Source: Fibrobacter succinogenes (lineage in GTDB: Bacteria; Fibrobacterota; Fibrobacteria; Fibrobacterales; Fibrobacteraceae). From it: a stretch of 64,000 nt of DNA. A program made the position numbers and the translations under genes. Within the stretch, counting starts at the first letter, position 1, and each line of letters begins with the position of its first letter. The notes below the pieces were generated by a model, which saw only the letters and a program-made list of their open reading frames with translations, had not been told where the DNA came from and did no database searches. The stretch lies in NCBI GenBank assembly GCA_902762305.1, contig CACWNW010000031.1:19047-83046 (forward strand), read 5' to 3'. This document shows positions 39,668 to 48,387 of this stretch, piece after piece.

Positions 39668-39875
39668 GTCGTTTTTTATCGATTTTAATCACTAAAATTA
39701 CTCCTCCCTGCAATATTCTAGTGTATAATATCATACAATTTCAACACATTTGTATCATGCCGAAAATTGTAAAAACGCGAAAATCGCGAAAAAGTGTCGA
39801 TATTTCAAAAAAAATTGATTTTTTGTATCATGACCTATTGCGTTTCGAAAAAAAAGAGTATATATTCAATGTTGT

Positions 39876-40715
39876 ATGAAACGTGTGATGGAATACCAGA
39901 ATTTTCGCCTTTATGTGCGCGACTTCTATACGGAGCGTAAAATCCGCTCCGGGTTCACCTGGCGTGACTTCGCCAAGGCGGCCGGGTATTCCTCTCCGGT
40001 GTTCCTCAAGCTGGTCTGCGACGGCAAGGCCAACCTGAGCGACGTGGGCATCGAGCGCGTGGCCAACGCCATGGGGCTGGTCGGTGCAGACCTGCAGTAT
40101 TTCCGCGCCCTCGTCAATTTCAACCAGGAAAAGGATTCCTCTAAGAAGAAGGTCGTCTTCAAGGAACTCCGCGCCATCGCCAAGGAAAACGAGATGACCC
40201 TCGTCGGCGAAGACCAGTACGACTACTACGAATCCTGGATCAACCCTGCGCTGCGCGAACTCGTGCCGCAGGTACCCGAAGCCACCCCGGCGCAGGTGGC
40301 TGACATGCTCGCATTCGATACCCAGGCAGCCGAAGTGAAGAAGGCACTCAAGCTCCTGGAAAAGGTCGGGCTTCTGCGCAAGGCTCCCGACGGCCATTTC
40401 GAACAGTCATCCAAGGCGATTACCACTGGCAATATCGAGGTTACGAGCCTCTCGGTGCGCGAGATGCACCGCCAGATGGGCGAGCTCGCCGTTCGTTCCC
40501 TGGACGAGGTCCCCGTGAACGAGCGCGACATCTCGGGCCTCACCGTGGGCATTTCTGAAGATGCATATGGCCGCATCACGAAGGAAATCGAGGATTTCCG
40601 CCGCCGTGTCGCGTCGATTGTCTTGCAGGACGCTGACGAAGATCGCGTCTACCGCCTCAACGTCCAGTTGTTCCCGCTGACCAAGAAGTTTAAGGGGGGA
40701 GTCAAGAATGCTTAA
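39876..40715 (+). CDS. TIGR02147-family protein (Fibrobacter paralogous family, HTH-like N-terminus)
   Basis: YQNFRLYVRDFYTERKIRSGFTWRDFAKAAGYSSPVFLKLVCDGKANLS matches my memory of the TIGR02147 N-terminal region. 279 aa. Confidence 0.65.
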   Translation: MKRVMEYQNFRLYVRDFYTERKIRSGFTWRDFAKAAGYSSPVFLKLVCDGKANLSDVGIERVANAMGLVGADLQYFRALVNFNQEKDSSKKKVVFKELRAIAKENEMTLVGEDQYDYYESWINPALRELVPQVPEATPAQVADMLAFDTQAAEVKKALKLLEKVGLLRKAPDGHFEQSSKAITTGNIEVTSLSVREMHRQMGELAVRSLDEVPVNERDISGLTVGISEDAYGRITKEIEDFRRRVASIVLQDADEDRVYRLNVQLFPLTKKFKGGVKNA

Positions 40716-42150
40716 CCTGCACCGCATATTCAGGCTATGTGCATCGATTGCCGGCGTTTCTGCCTGCACGGTTATGCTCGCTTGCGGTCCGCAGGTTGCG
40801 GAGGGCGGCATCGACGAGCAGACGAATACCATTGCTGGCGTCCTTGTCGATGCAGCCGGGCACACGATGGGCGGCGTCCCGGTGTGCGCCCGCCACTTCG
40901 TGCTCGATACGGTCGTCTATGCCGACACGACTGATTCCGAAGGCAAGTTCGGGCTGCCGGTTACGCTCCAGGGCCAGTACGGCCTCAGCGCCCAGAAGGA
41001 TTCCCTGGCATACTACAGCACCCTGTTCTTCAACGGCTCCGAGATGAAGTTCACGGCGGTGCTCGAGAAGGCGGGTGAAATTTCGGGCGACATGTACCTC
41101 CGCCCCGACACCGTCGCCAGCGATATCAGGATTTATATTCCGGGCTCCGACTGGGAGACCTTTACCGACGAGAACGGCCGTTTCTCTATGGGCAACGCGC
41201 CCGCCGGCGTCTTGCCGCTGCTCGCGAAGTCCCCGGATCCGGTGCACTACCTCGACGCCGTGTACGTCGTGTACGTGACCAAGAAGTCTACCTCGTTCCG
41301 CGGCCCCGTGCCCACGGGCATGTTCGGATACTTCTCCGTGAACTCGCAGCGGGTCGGAGAAGGTGAAGATTCTACCCTGCAGTCCACCGCGGCTCCCGTC
41401 ATCTCCATGGTCGACGATGTCGACGAACGCGACGCGACCAAGTTGCAGTTCCCGCTCTCCCCGGAATACGGGCTCAGGAGCTGGTGGCCGATGGACTACC
41501 TCGCCAGCACGCAGAAGGGCACCAAGAAGGTGAACGATGCCCGCGGCGGTACCGATGGCATATTGCTCTACGGCGTGGATTCCCTCGAAGAGGGCCCGGC
41601 CGAGAAGGCGCTCGCGCTCTACGGCAGCGACCAGTTCGGGGTAATCGAAGGCGAACGCAGTATACTCGACAGCGCGAAGGCCTTGACGCTCGAAGCCTGG
41701 GTGCAAATCGAGAAGCCCGAATCCAAGGACTACCGCAGGAACCTCATCGGCAAGCTCGGGTTCGGTTCCAGCGAAGACAACGATGTGTTCAGCCTCGCTC
41801 TCGTGCAGGGCGAATGCGACCGCGAACAGGTCTCGCTCGGCTTCTTCATCGCCGACGGATCCAGCAATTCGCTCGAATGCGAAGACGCCGTGTTTGCTGA
41901 CTACAAGAATTTCGACGAATGGGTATACGTGACAGCGATTTGGGACGGGAAAACCTCTGCGTTATTTATGAATGGGGTGAAGGTTGCCGAAAAGGCAGTC
42001 TCGGTGACGCAGATAGGTACTTCGCCTGAGCCGATATTCTTCGGCAAGGAAGAAGTGAATCTCAAACTAGACGATGTGCGGCTGAGTACGACGGCCATAG
42101 GGGAATCCGACGTGCTCTACCGTTACTATCTCAAGGGAGGTGAAATATGA
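40708..42150 (+). CDS. Lipoprotein with carboxypeptidase-regulatory-like and LamG/concanavalin-like domains
   Basis: Lipobox VMLACG. GVLVDAAGHTMGGVPV and FSMGNAPAGV are CarboxypepD_reg-like. The C-terminal LTLEAWVQIEKPE...VYVTAIWDGKTSALFMNGVKV is LamG-like. The gene overlaps the upstream gene by 8 nt. Confidence 0.65.
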   Translation: MLNLHRIFRLCASIAGVSACTVMLACGPQVAEGGIDEQTNTIAGVLVDAAGHTMGGVPVCARHFVLDTVVYADTTDSEGKFGLPVTLQGQYGLSAQKDSLAYYSTLFFNGSEMKFTAVLEKAGEISGDMYLRPDTVASDIRIYIPGSDWETFTDENGRFSMGNAPAGVLPLLAKSPDPVHYLDAVYVVYVTKKSTSFRGPVPTGMFGYFSVNSQRVGEGEDSTLQSTAAPVISMVDDVDERDATKLQFPLSPEYGLRSWWPMDYLASTQKGTKKVNDARGGTDGILLYGVDSLEEGPAEKALALYGSDQFGVIEGERSILDSAKALTLEAWVQIEKPESKDYRRNLIGKLGFGSSEDNDVFSLALVQGECDREQVSLGFFIADGSSNSLECEDAVFADYKNFDEWVYVTAIWDGKTSALFMNGVKVAEKAVSVTQIGTSPEPIFFGKEEVNLKLDDVRLSTTAIGESDVLYRYYLKGGEI

Positions 42151-42656
42151 TCGACAACGAAAACAACCTCGATATAGCCCGCTTCGAAGTCAACCAGAGC
42201 GGCCGTATCCTTTCGGGAAACAAGCGGTTCTGCCGCATGTTCGGGTTCACCGAATCCGAAGTCGTGTGGCACTACATTACCGATTGCTACCGCTACCACG
42301 GCGACTGGGAAACTTTCAGCAGCTGCGACAACCTTTCGCAGACGCAGTTCATCTTCCGCATGCGCAACCGCAAGGGGCGCAGCTTCAAGTGCTGCCTTTC
42401 GCGCGAGGTTGTCCAGGATGAGAACGGCAAGATAACTTTCCGCAACACGGTGAGCCGCCTAGGTGATCCGGTGCTGGCCAAGGACCCGGCACCCGTCGCC
42501 GAGAACCATTCCGTGGTGTTCATCAACAAGTGCGCCCACTGCGGCGAACAGGTGCGCGTGAATACGCTCGCCGAGACCCGCATGCGCGTGCTTTGCGACA
42601 ACTGCGCAGCCAAGGCCTACCCGGAGGCCTTCAATCTCGCTGCCGCACAAGTATAA
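42147..42656 (+). CDS. PAS-like domain protein with C-terminal CxxC...CxxC zinc ribbon
   Basis: ARFEVNQSGRILSGNKRFCRMFGFTESEVVWHYITDCY is PAS-like. The C-terminus is CAHCGEQVRVNTLAETRMRVLCDNCAAKAY. ATGA overlap with the upstream gene. Confidence 0.5.
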   Translation: MIDNENNLDIARFEVNQSGRILSGNKRFCRMFGFTESEVVWHYITDCYRYHGDWETFSSCDNLSQTQFIFRMRNRKGRSFKCCLSREVVQDENGKITFRNTVSRLGDPVLAKDPAPVAENHSVVFINKCAHCGEQVRVNTLAETRMRVLCDNCAAKAYPEAFNLAAAQV

Positions 42657-42751
42657 ATAAGGGGGAGGAGGAGACCAAAAAAAGGGGGTAAGAAGGAGAA
42701 AAGCAAAAACGAGGGGAGGCCCGTGTCTCGTCGATCTGATACGGGAAAAAT

Positions 42752-42786
42752 TCCGGAGGTGCCGAGTGTGCCTCCGGATTTTTTTA
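42752..42786 (+). terminator. Rho-independent terminator
   Basis: TCCGGAGG-loop-CCTCCGGA followed by TTTTTTT. Confidence 0.6.
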
Positions 42787-42796
42787 TTGCCTCCCC

Positions 42797-42819
42797 GTCG
42801 GGACGTTTATCTTGAACTT
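42797..42819. repeat. 23-bp exact duplicate of the integrase gene 3' end
   Basis: GTCGGGACGTTTATCTTGAACTT is identical to 43578-43600, which encodes the last residues (KFKINVPT) of the integrase on the minus strand. Confidence 0.85.
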
Positions 42820-42820
42820 G

Positions 42821-43423
42821 TCAAAACTCAATCTTGTCCAGAACAATCAGTTCTGAATCTTGCTGCAAGAACATGACCATGTAGATGGGCAGGTATGTCA
42901 CCTTTCCCTTTTGGGATACGTTGCAATTTGCAAAGACGAACCCTTCTTGCATTTGATATTCGGGATTTTCAAGGCAGTTGTTCATGGCGGAATGTATGGT
43001 GTAATCCTTGCCGCTTTTCACTTCGATGGGCAATGCGCGATTGTTGTATTCGATTACAAAATCAAGCTCACCCAGACGATTTGAATTGTAATAGTAAAGC
43101 CGGAATCCCTTTGAATAGAGTTCCTGCGCAATGGCGTTCTCGTAAATTCCGCCTGCATTCAGATTCTGATTTTTTGTCAGCAGCATGGACTTCGTGTTCA
43201 TCCCGTATTCTGAAGTGAGCATGCCGACATCCGCAAGATAAAGTTTGAATAAACTGCTTTTTTCGTTCAACTTGAGCGGAATCCTTGGCTCGGTGCTGTT
43301 GAAAACAGATAGTGCAACGCCTGCGTTTTTTAACCAGAGGAACGTGCTTTGCACGCGATCAAAATGGAGCCCTTTTTTCAAGTCCGTGCCGAATGGCGTG
43401 GGTTTTCCCCACCTGGCGGGCAC
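42821..43423 (-). pseudogene. C-terminal fragment of an AAA-ATPase/DUF4143 protein (N-terminal ATPase domain missing)
   Basis: 200-aa ORF with the DUF4143-like region (FLWLKNAGVALSVFNSTEP...LYLADVGMLTS) and a PD-(D/E)xK-like tail (GELDFVIEYNNRALPIEVKSGKDY). Full-length relatives are about twice as long and begin with a P-loop, which is not present here. Confidence 0.6.
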
Positions 43424-43466
43424 CTTTTACGAGTAAGGCCTTTTTTGGGCTGTTTTTGAGCCATTC

Positions 43467-43544
43467 TGTCAAAAATACAATAAAAATATACAACTTTTTG
43501 TCAAAAATACAAATACTTTTCTGTAGTTTTTGTCAAAAAACAAA
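43467..43544. repeat. Three direct repeats TGTCAAAAA(T)ACAA with 32-bp periodicity (iteron / arm-site-like)
   Basis: Copies at 43467-43480, 43499-43512 and 43531-43544, immediately downstream of the integrase stop (43571). Confidence 0.6.
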
Positions 43545-43570
43545 ACAAAATGTCTCCCCCTGCTCTTTTG

Positions 43571-44413
43571 CTACCCTGTCGGGACGTTTATCTTGAACTT
43601 TTCCATTTCGCGGTCGATGACCCTGTTGGAATAGTTCGCGTAAATGAGCGTCGTCTCGATGTTGGCGTGGCCGAGCACCTTCGATATCACCTCGATGGGC
43701 ACCCCGAAGGAGACGCACGAGGTGGCGAAGGTGTGGCGCGCGATGTGCGCGTGCAGGTGGCTGTGGAAATCCAGCTTCTTGGCGGCGGCGCGTAGGTTCC
43801 TGTTGAACGTGGAATTGTCCACTACGTGCAGTAACGTCTCGCCTGCGCCTTGCAGCAGGGCCAGCGCCTGGGCGGGAATCGGGATGTAGACCTGTGCGCC
43901 GGTCTTCTGCGTGAAAATCCGTATCTTGCCGTTGTGGATGTCGTGCGGGGTGAGCGCCTTGAGGTCCGAAAACCGCAGGCCCGTGAAGCACGAGAACAGG
44001 AACGCCCGCAGCGCCTCGCGCTCAGAAAAATTGAGCCTGTCCGAATGTTCCATGAAGCCGGAGTACAGCTTTTCGAGCTCGTCCACTTCCAGGAACTCGC
44101 GCCGGTTGCGGACCTTCTTGAGCGTGATATTCTGCATGGGGTTGCGGCGGATCTTGCGCCTGCGGAGCAGTTCCTTGACGAACATCCGGAGTATGGAAAG
44201 CGAACGGTAGATGCAGCCGGCGCTGTTCTTGCGCGAGTGCATGAAGTCGATGTAGCCGATGACGAACGCCTCGGTTACGTCGCTGCATTCCACCGCGGGC
44301 CTGTATAGCTGCAGCTTGTGCAGGTGGGAGAGGTAGGTCTCGTAGGTGTATCTCGACAGCGTGTTTGCCCTGGATTCCAGGATCGCGCGCGATTCGGCGT
44401 AAAAGTCGCTCAT
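43571..44413 (-). CDS. Tyrosine recombinase / phage-type integrase
   Basis: The C-terminal catalytic region (GLRFSDLKAL...HIARHTFATSCVSFGVPIEVISKVLGHANIETTLIYANY) shows the R..HxxR..Y signature. Confidence 0.9.
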   Translation of the reverse strand: MSDFYAESRAILESRANTLSRYTYETYLSHLHKLQLYRPAVECSDVTEAFVIGYIDFMHSRKNSAGCIYRSLSILRMFVKELLRRRKIRRNPMQNITLKKVRNRREFLEVDELEKLYSGFMEHSDRLNFSEREALRAFLFSCFTGLRFSDLKALTPHDIHNGKIRIFTQKTGAQVYIPIPAQALALLQGAGETLLHVVDNSTFNRNLRAAAKKLDFHSHLHAHIARHTFATSCVSFGVPIEVISKVLGHANIETTLIYANYSNRVIDREMEKFKINVPTG

Positions 44414-44513
44414 GGGCAGCTCCGTTTTTGAATGGTCTATCTACCTATAAGACGATTTCGCGGCAAAAATGAGCCGAAAAACTTTGTTTACATGATGTTT
44501 TTTGAAAAACAGA

Positions 44514-44542
44514 GTGGTTGTTCGGAATTTCCGAACAACCAC
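44514..44542. repeat. 29-bp perfect palindrome upstream of the integrase gene
   Basis: GTGGTTGTTCGGAA-T-TTCCGAACAACCAC has 14-bp arms. It lies about 100 nt upstream of the integrase ATG, at the GC-to-AT composition switch. Confidence 0.8.
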
Positions 44543-44633
44543 ATTTTCTGTAATCTCGCCAGACTTCCCTTTTGCCCTCCTGTTGAACTATAAAGAATTT
44601 CTTTACAGTTCCTCCGACATCCCAAGTCTACGA

Positions 44634-45434
44634 CTACAATGTTTCGAGAAAGGCTTCAATGCTATTCGTAATTGTCACGACATTTTCTCCGGTCCAGTTT
44701 TTGCCGCTGGCGGAAAGTCTTCCGATGTATAACTTGTCGGAAAATATATTTCGCATCCGCTTTACCACATCGGCGACGTTACATTCTCTCATTTGCTGGT
44801 CATTAAATATGTATGAATCTAGACATACATGCATTTTTTTATAGTCTACATGCTGGCTGAGATAGTAGATGTCGAAAAGATCCTTGTACCGGGTCGATAA
44901 AGCTCCGAATTTCAGTAGCGACCGCAATTTCTCGACCAACATCTGTTCGTTAGAATTAACCAATAGGCTAACACTCCCATTATCAAAGGAGATATCAAAA
45001 CAATATTCCTCTTGAGTTACATCTAACTTGGTATGCACGCCCAAGTCAATTTTGCTTTCAAGTTCGTGGCCGCTGGAATCTCGAATTTTTATGCGAATTC
45101 GCCGCCCCTTGTATTCCTGTTGCTTTAGTTCATCGATATTCCCAAACCTTTCGATACGGATTCCGTCTAGACAATTCATCTTCGCTACAAAGTCGTCAAT
45201 GGCTGTGTCCGATAAAGGAAGGCGAAGAAAATCCATGTCCAAATCCTGGGTCGCACGTCGGATATTCCCAGTCTTGCTCCTCATGACCACACCACCTTTG
45301 ACAGTGATGTTGCGATGCAGAGTCCCCATGGAAATAGCTTTTAAAACAATGTCTTGACAGACTTTCGCGGGGGCCGTGTTTTCATTATATCCTTTCTCGA
45401 TTTCTACAGCGACCATGCTTTTGAGGTTCAGCAT
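44634..45434 (-). CDS. abiEii: Nucleotidyltransferase AbiEii/AbiGii-family toxin
   Basis: NITVKGGVVMRSKTGNIRRATQDLDMDF fits the AbiEii NTase motif (KGG...DxD). 266 aa. Its start overlaps the stop of the upstream AbiEi-like gene. Confidence 0.75.
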   Translation of the reverse strand: MLNLKSMVAVEIEKGYNENTAPAKVCQDIVLKAISMGTLHRNITVKGGVVMRSKTGNIRRATQDLDMDFLRLPLSDTAIDDFVAKMNCLDGIRIERFGNIDELKQQEYKGRRIRIKIRDSSGHELESKIDLGVHTKLDVTQEEYCFDISFDNGSVSLLVNSNEQMLVEKLRSLLKFGALSTRYKDLFDIYYLSQHVDYKKMHVCLDSYIFNDQQMRECNVADVVKRMRNIFSDKLYIGRLSASGKNWTGENVVTITNSIEAFLETL

Positions 45435-45973
45435 TATAGCACCTCCGCTTCCAGCACCTTTCTAATCATATCCGCTTTCGGCATTTGCGGCAAATAATCC
45501 TGCACGAGCTGCATATCCAGTTCGTCAACTACCTTTCTATAGTTCAGGATGACTTCTTTGTAGTAGTCGAAAGGCAGGTTTGATTTGTTGCGGATCAGTT
45601 CAAGCAGCATTCGTTCCTTGTTATACATTGTAACGGTAGCGCCGTTGGCTTTTTCTTGTACGGCACCGAGAAACAGGATGTCGCTGTTCTCGAACTTCAG
45701 CACAATACGAATGTCGGAATTTTTTGCCCCACGCTCGGTTGCCAGATAGTATTTCTCGGGGATGGTATCGGTCAAGCCGTAATGATAAAAAGCGGTATTC
45801 ATCGTAAAAACCGACTTGGGGTATTTTGCGGAGATAAGCGAAGCCTGGGAAACATCTTTGCTCTCGGAATAGAACCCTTTTGCAATGCGAAACAGACGGC
45901 CTTCGGTAATGGCCTTTTTAATCAAGTATTTCGAGCCGAACATTTCAATGCATTGGGCGAAGGTCAGTATCAT
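45434..45973 (-). CDS. abiEi: AbiEi-family antitoxin / transcriptional regulator
   Basis: Start trimmed to ATG 45973 (MILTFAQCIEMFGSKYLIKKAITEGRLFRIAKGFYSE), an AbiEi-type wHTH N-terminus. Paired with AbiEii. Confidence 0.7.
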   Translation of the reverse strand: MILTFAQCIEMFGSKYLIKKAITEGRLFRIAKGFYSESKDVSQASLISAKYPKSVFTMNTAFYHYGLTDTIPEKYYLATERGAKNSDIRIVLKFENSDILFLGAVQEKANGATVTMYNKERMLLELIRNKSNLPFDYYKEVILNYRKVVDELDMQLVQDYLPQMPKADMIRKVLEAEVL

Positions 45974-46351
45974 CTTATTTCCTAAATTCTGTAAAATATA
46001 AGTTTTTACAGAATTATAGTAAAAATATACACTAATTTGCCAAAAAGTCAAGTCAACAAGTCCATTTTCACTCATATCATCTCCTTTGACGGATAGTACG
46101 ATAATACACAAATGTATACTATTTCTAAACAAATGTCAATAGGTAATTCAATTTATATGTCAGCCCCTTGTAGCATTTGCATAATTTTCTAACTTTTTTA
46201 CGAATAACTTACAACAGGTTGTTGCAAGCGCCGCATTTCGTTGTCTTCTATAGGTTCGGGCCCCCTCGCGATGATGCAGAACAGTGATATTTTGTTGAAT
46301 GGACCGCAGGCCGCAGTTCCCCGTGGACTGGGGGAATAAGCGGAGTTTCTC

Positions 46352-47146
46352 GTGACAGAATCCGTAAAATTGTCCATTTCCATTGTCGTCTACAAGAAAT
46401 ACGACGACGTCCTCCTGGCAATCGATTCAATCGAACGCTTCACGGACAAATCCCTGTCCAAGAGGCTGTACGTGGTCGACAACAGCTGCTATGCTGACGA
46501 CAACCACTACAAGAGTGCCTTTTTGGAGAGCCTCTCGAAATACGACGACGTGGAATATGTGGATACGAGGAAGAACCTTGGGTTTGGTAAAGGGCATAAC
46601 TATATAATTCCGTGTCTGAATTCGGAATACCACGCCATCGTCAACCCCGACATAGTCCTCTATTCCGATGTGTTTACCTCGCTGACATCTTTTTTGGACG
46701 CAAATCAAGATATTGGTATGACGGCTCCCGTACTGACGGATGAATACAACAATGTTCTCCGGGTGTACAGGCGGGACCTCACGGTATTAGATTTGCTGTG
46801 CCGCTATGTGCATCTAAATCTGCTGAAGAAAAGAATCGATTACCACACCATGGAAGATGTCGACAAGACGAAGGATTTCGATTGCGAATTCGTCCAGGGC
46901 AGTTTCTTGCTTTTGCGTACGGAAATTTTCAAGAAGGTCAGGGGTTTCGACGACCGCTACTTTATGTACGCCGAAGATGCCGACCTCTGCCGCACTATTC
47001 GCAAGTTTAGCCGCGTTGTGGTGCATCCGGAAACTCGCGTTGTGCATAAATGGGAAAAGGCCAGCCATACCAATTTCAAGTTGATGCGAATCCATGCCGT
47101 TTCGTTGGTGAAGTATTTCATGAAGTGGGGATGGAGATTATCGTGA
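46352..47146 (+). CDS. Glycosyltransferase family 2
   Basis: LSISIVVYKKYDDVLLAIDSI...YVVDNS...NLGFGKGHN...EDADLC is a GT-A/GT2 (rhamnosyltransferase-like) pattern. GTG start. Confidence 0.8.
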   Translation: MTESVKLSISIVVYKKYDDVLLAIDSIERFTDKSLSKRLYVVDNSCYADDNHYKSAFLESLSKYDDVEYVDTRKNLGFGKGHNYIIPCLNSEYHAIVNPDIVLYSDVFTSLTSFLDANQDIGMTAPVLTDEYNNVLRVYRRDLTVLDLLCRYVHLNLLKKRIDYHTMEDVDKTKDFDCEFVQGSFLLLRTEIFKKVRGFDDRYFMYAEDADLCRTIRKFSRVVVHPETRVVHKWEKASHTNFKLMRIHAVSLVKYFMKWGWRLS

Positions 47147-47223
47147 GTTTAGGCTTTGTAATTTGATTTTATGCTCTTTATGTTTGTTTAACACATTGTT
47201 TAAAAAATAGAGAAACACTATTC

Positions 47224-48345
47224 ATGAATGAATCGCAAATGCAATTAGTTGGAATGCGAGACGATGCCATTGATATTGTAAAAGGCCTCGCCATTATGGG
47301 TATTGTTTTGGGACACATTGGTGTGACGCTTCCTGCGTTTAAATTGTTTCATACAGGGGTGTTGCTCTATAGTATGTGGCATGTTGCCGTTTTTTTTGTA
47401 CTTTCAGGTTTCTTTCTAAATGATGAAAAATTAAAGAAGCCATGGTCATTTACCATTGGAAAAGTTAAATCGCTGTATTTGAAAACCTTGTGCTTTTATA
47501 TTCCCGCTGTTTTACTCCATAATATCCTAATAAAGATTGGATTTTATTCTGTGGATGTTAATTATGGGGGGAAAAAAATGGTGCTTTATTCTGGATTGGA
47601 TTTTGTAAAGAAAATTATAGAGTCTGTTTTGCTTGCAGGAAGAGAACCGATTGTTGGTCCTTTGTGGTTTGCATATGTTCTTTTCATTGCGTTGGTTGGT
47701 TATTCTATTTTATCATTTTTTATTGGAAAGTTTTTTAAGGATGAACAATATTGGATCGTTAAAGGGTTGCTTTGCTTTGCTCTGGCTATGGTGTCGAGTA
47801 TTTTAACGCAGAAATACTCTTTGACATTGAATCGTTTGAGTAATTCCGTTGCAGTAATGCTTTTGATTTTTTTTGGTCAACTTTTTAATGTTCGGTTGCG
47901 TCTCTCTTATAAATCAGGTTTATTTGCTATTGGAGCGGCGTTACTATTCTTTCATGAGGTTGTTTTTCATGGGGGAATAAGTTTAAATAATAATGCTTTT
48001 AATGGGGTTTTTCATTTGCTATGTGGTGGGGTGGCTGCGACATATATGTTGCTTTATATGGCAAAAAAAATTGAACATAATTTTTTGGGAATGATTTTGT
48101 CCTTAGTTGGGAGGCATTCTTTTGCTATTATGGCTCTACATTTGTTATCCTTTAAAATTTGCACGATGTTGTTAAATGGTTGCTTCGGTATGTCGATTCC
48201 TTTGGCAGAACTTATTCCTGGGGTTGGTAAAGAGTATGTTTTGGCAATTCCATATTTGTTGATTGGTACATTTGTCCCTGTTTTCGTTGCATGGTTGTTT
48301 TGCAAAATAAAGGGGTGCGCTATTTTGCGTAAAAAAGAATGCTAA
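47224..48345 (+). CDS. Acyltransferase family 3 (membrane O-acyltransferase)
   Basis: AIDIVKGLAIMGIVLGHIG followed by about 10 hydrophobic segments. Confidence 0.75.
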   Translation: MNESQMQLVGMRDDAIDIVKGLAIMGIVLGHIGVTLPAFKLFHTGVLLYSMWHVAVFFVLSGFFLNDEKLKKPWSFTIGKVKSLYLKTLCFYIPAVLLHNILIKIGFYSVDVNYGGKKMVLYSGLDFVKKIIESVLLAGREPIVGPLWFAYVLFIALVGYSILSFFIGKFFKDEQYWIVKGLLCFALAMVSSILTQKYSLTLNRLSNSVAVMLLIFFGQLFNVRLRLSYKSGLFAIGAALLFFHEVVFHGGISLNNNAFNGVFHLLCGGVAATYMLLYMAKKIEHNFLGMILSLVGRHSFAIMALHLLSFKICTMLLNGCFGMSIPLAELIPGVGKEYVLAIPYLLIGTFVPVFVAWLFCKIKGCAILRKKEC

Positions 48346-48387
48346 TACTTTATTGGTTGAATATGTTGATGATTAGAGGAAAATTTA

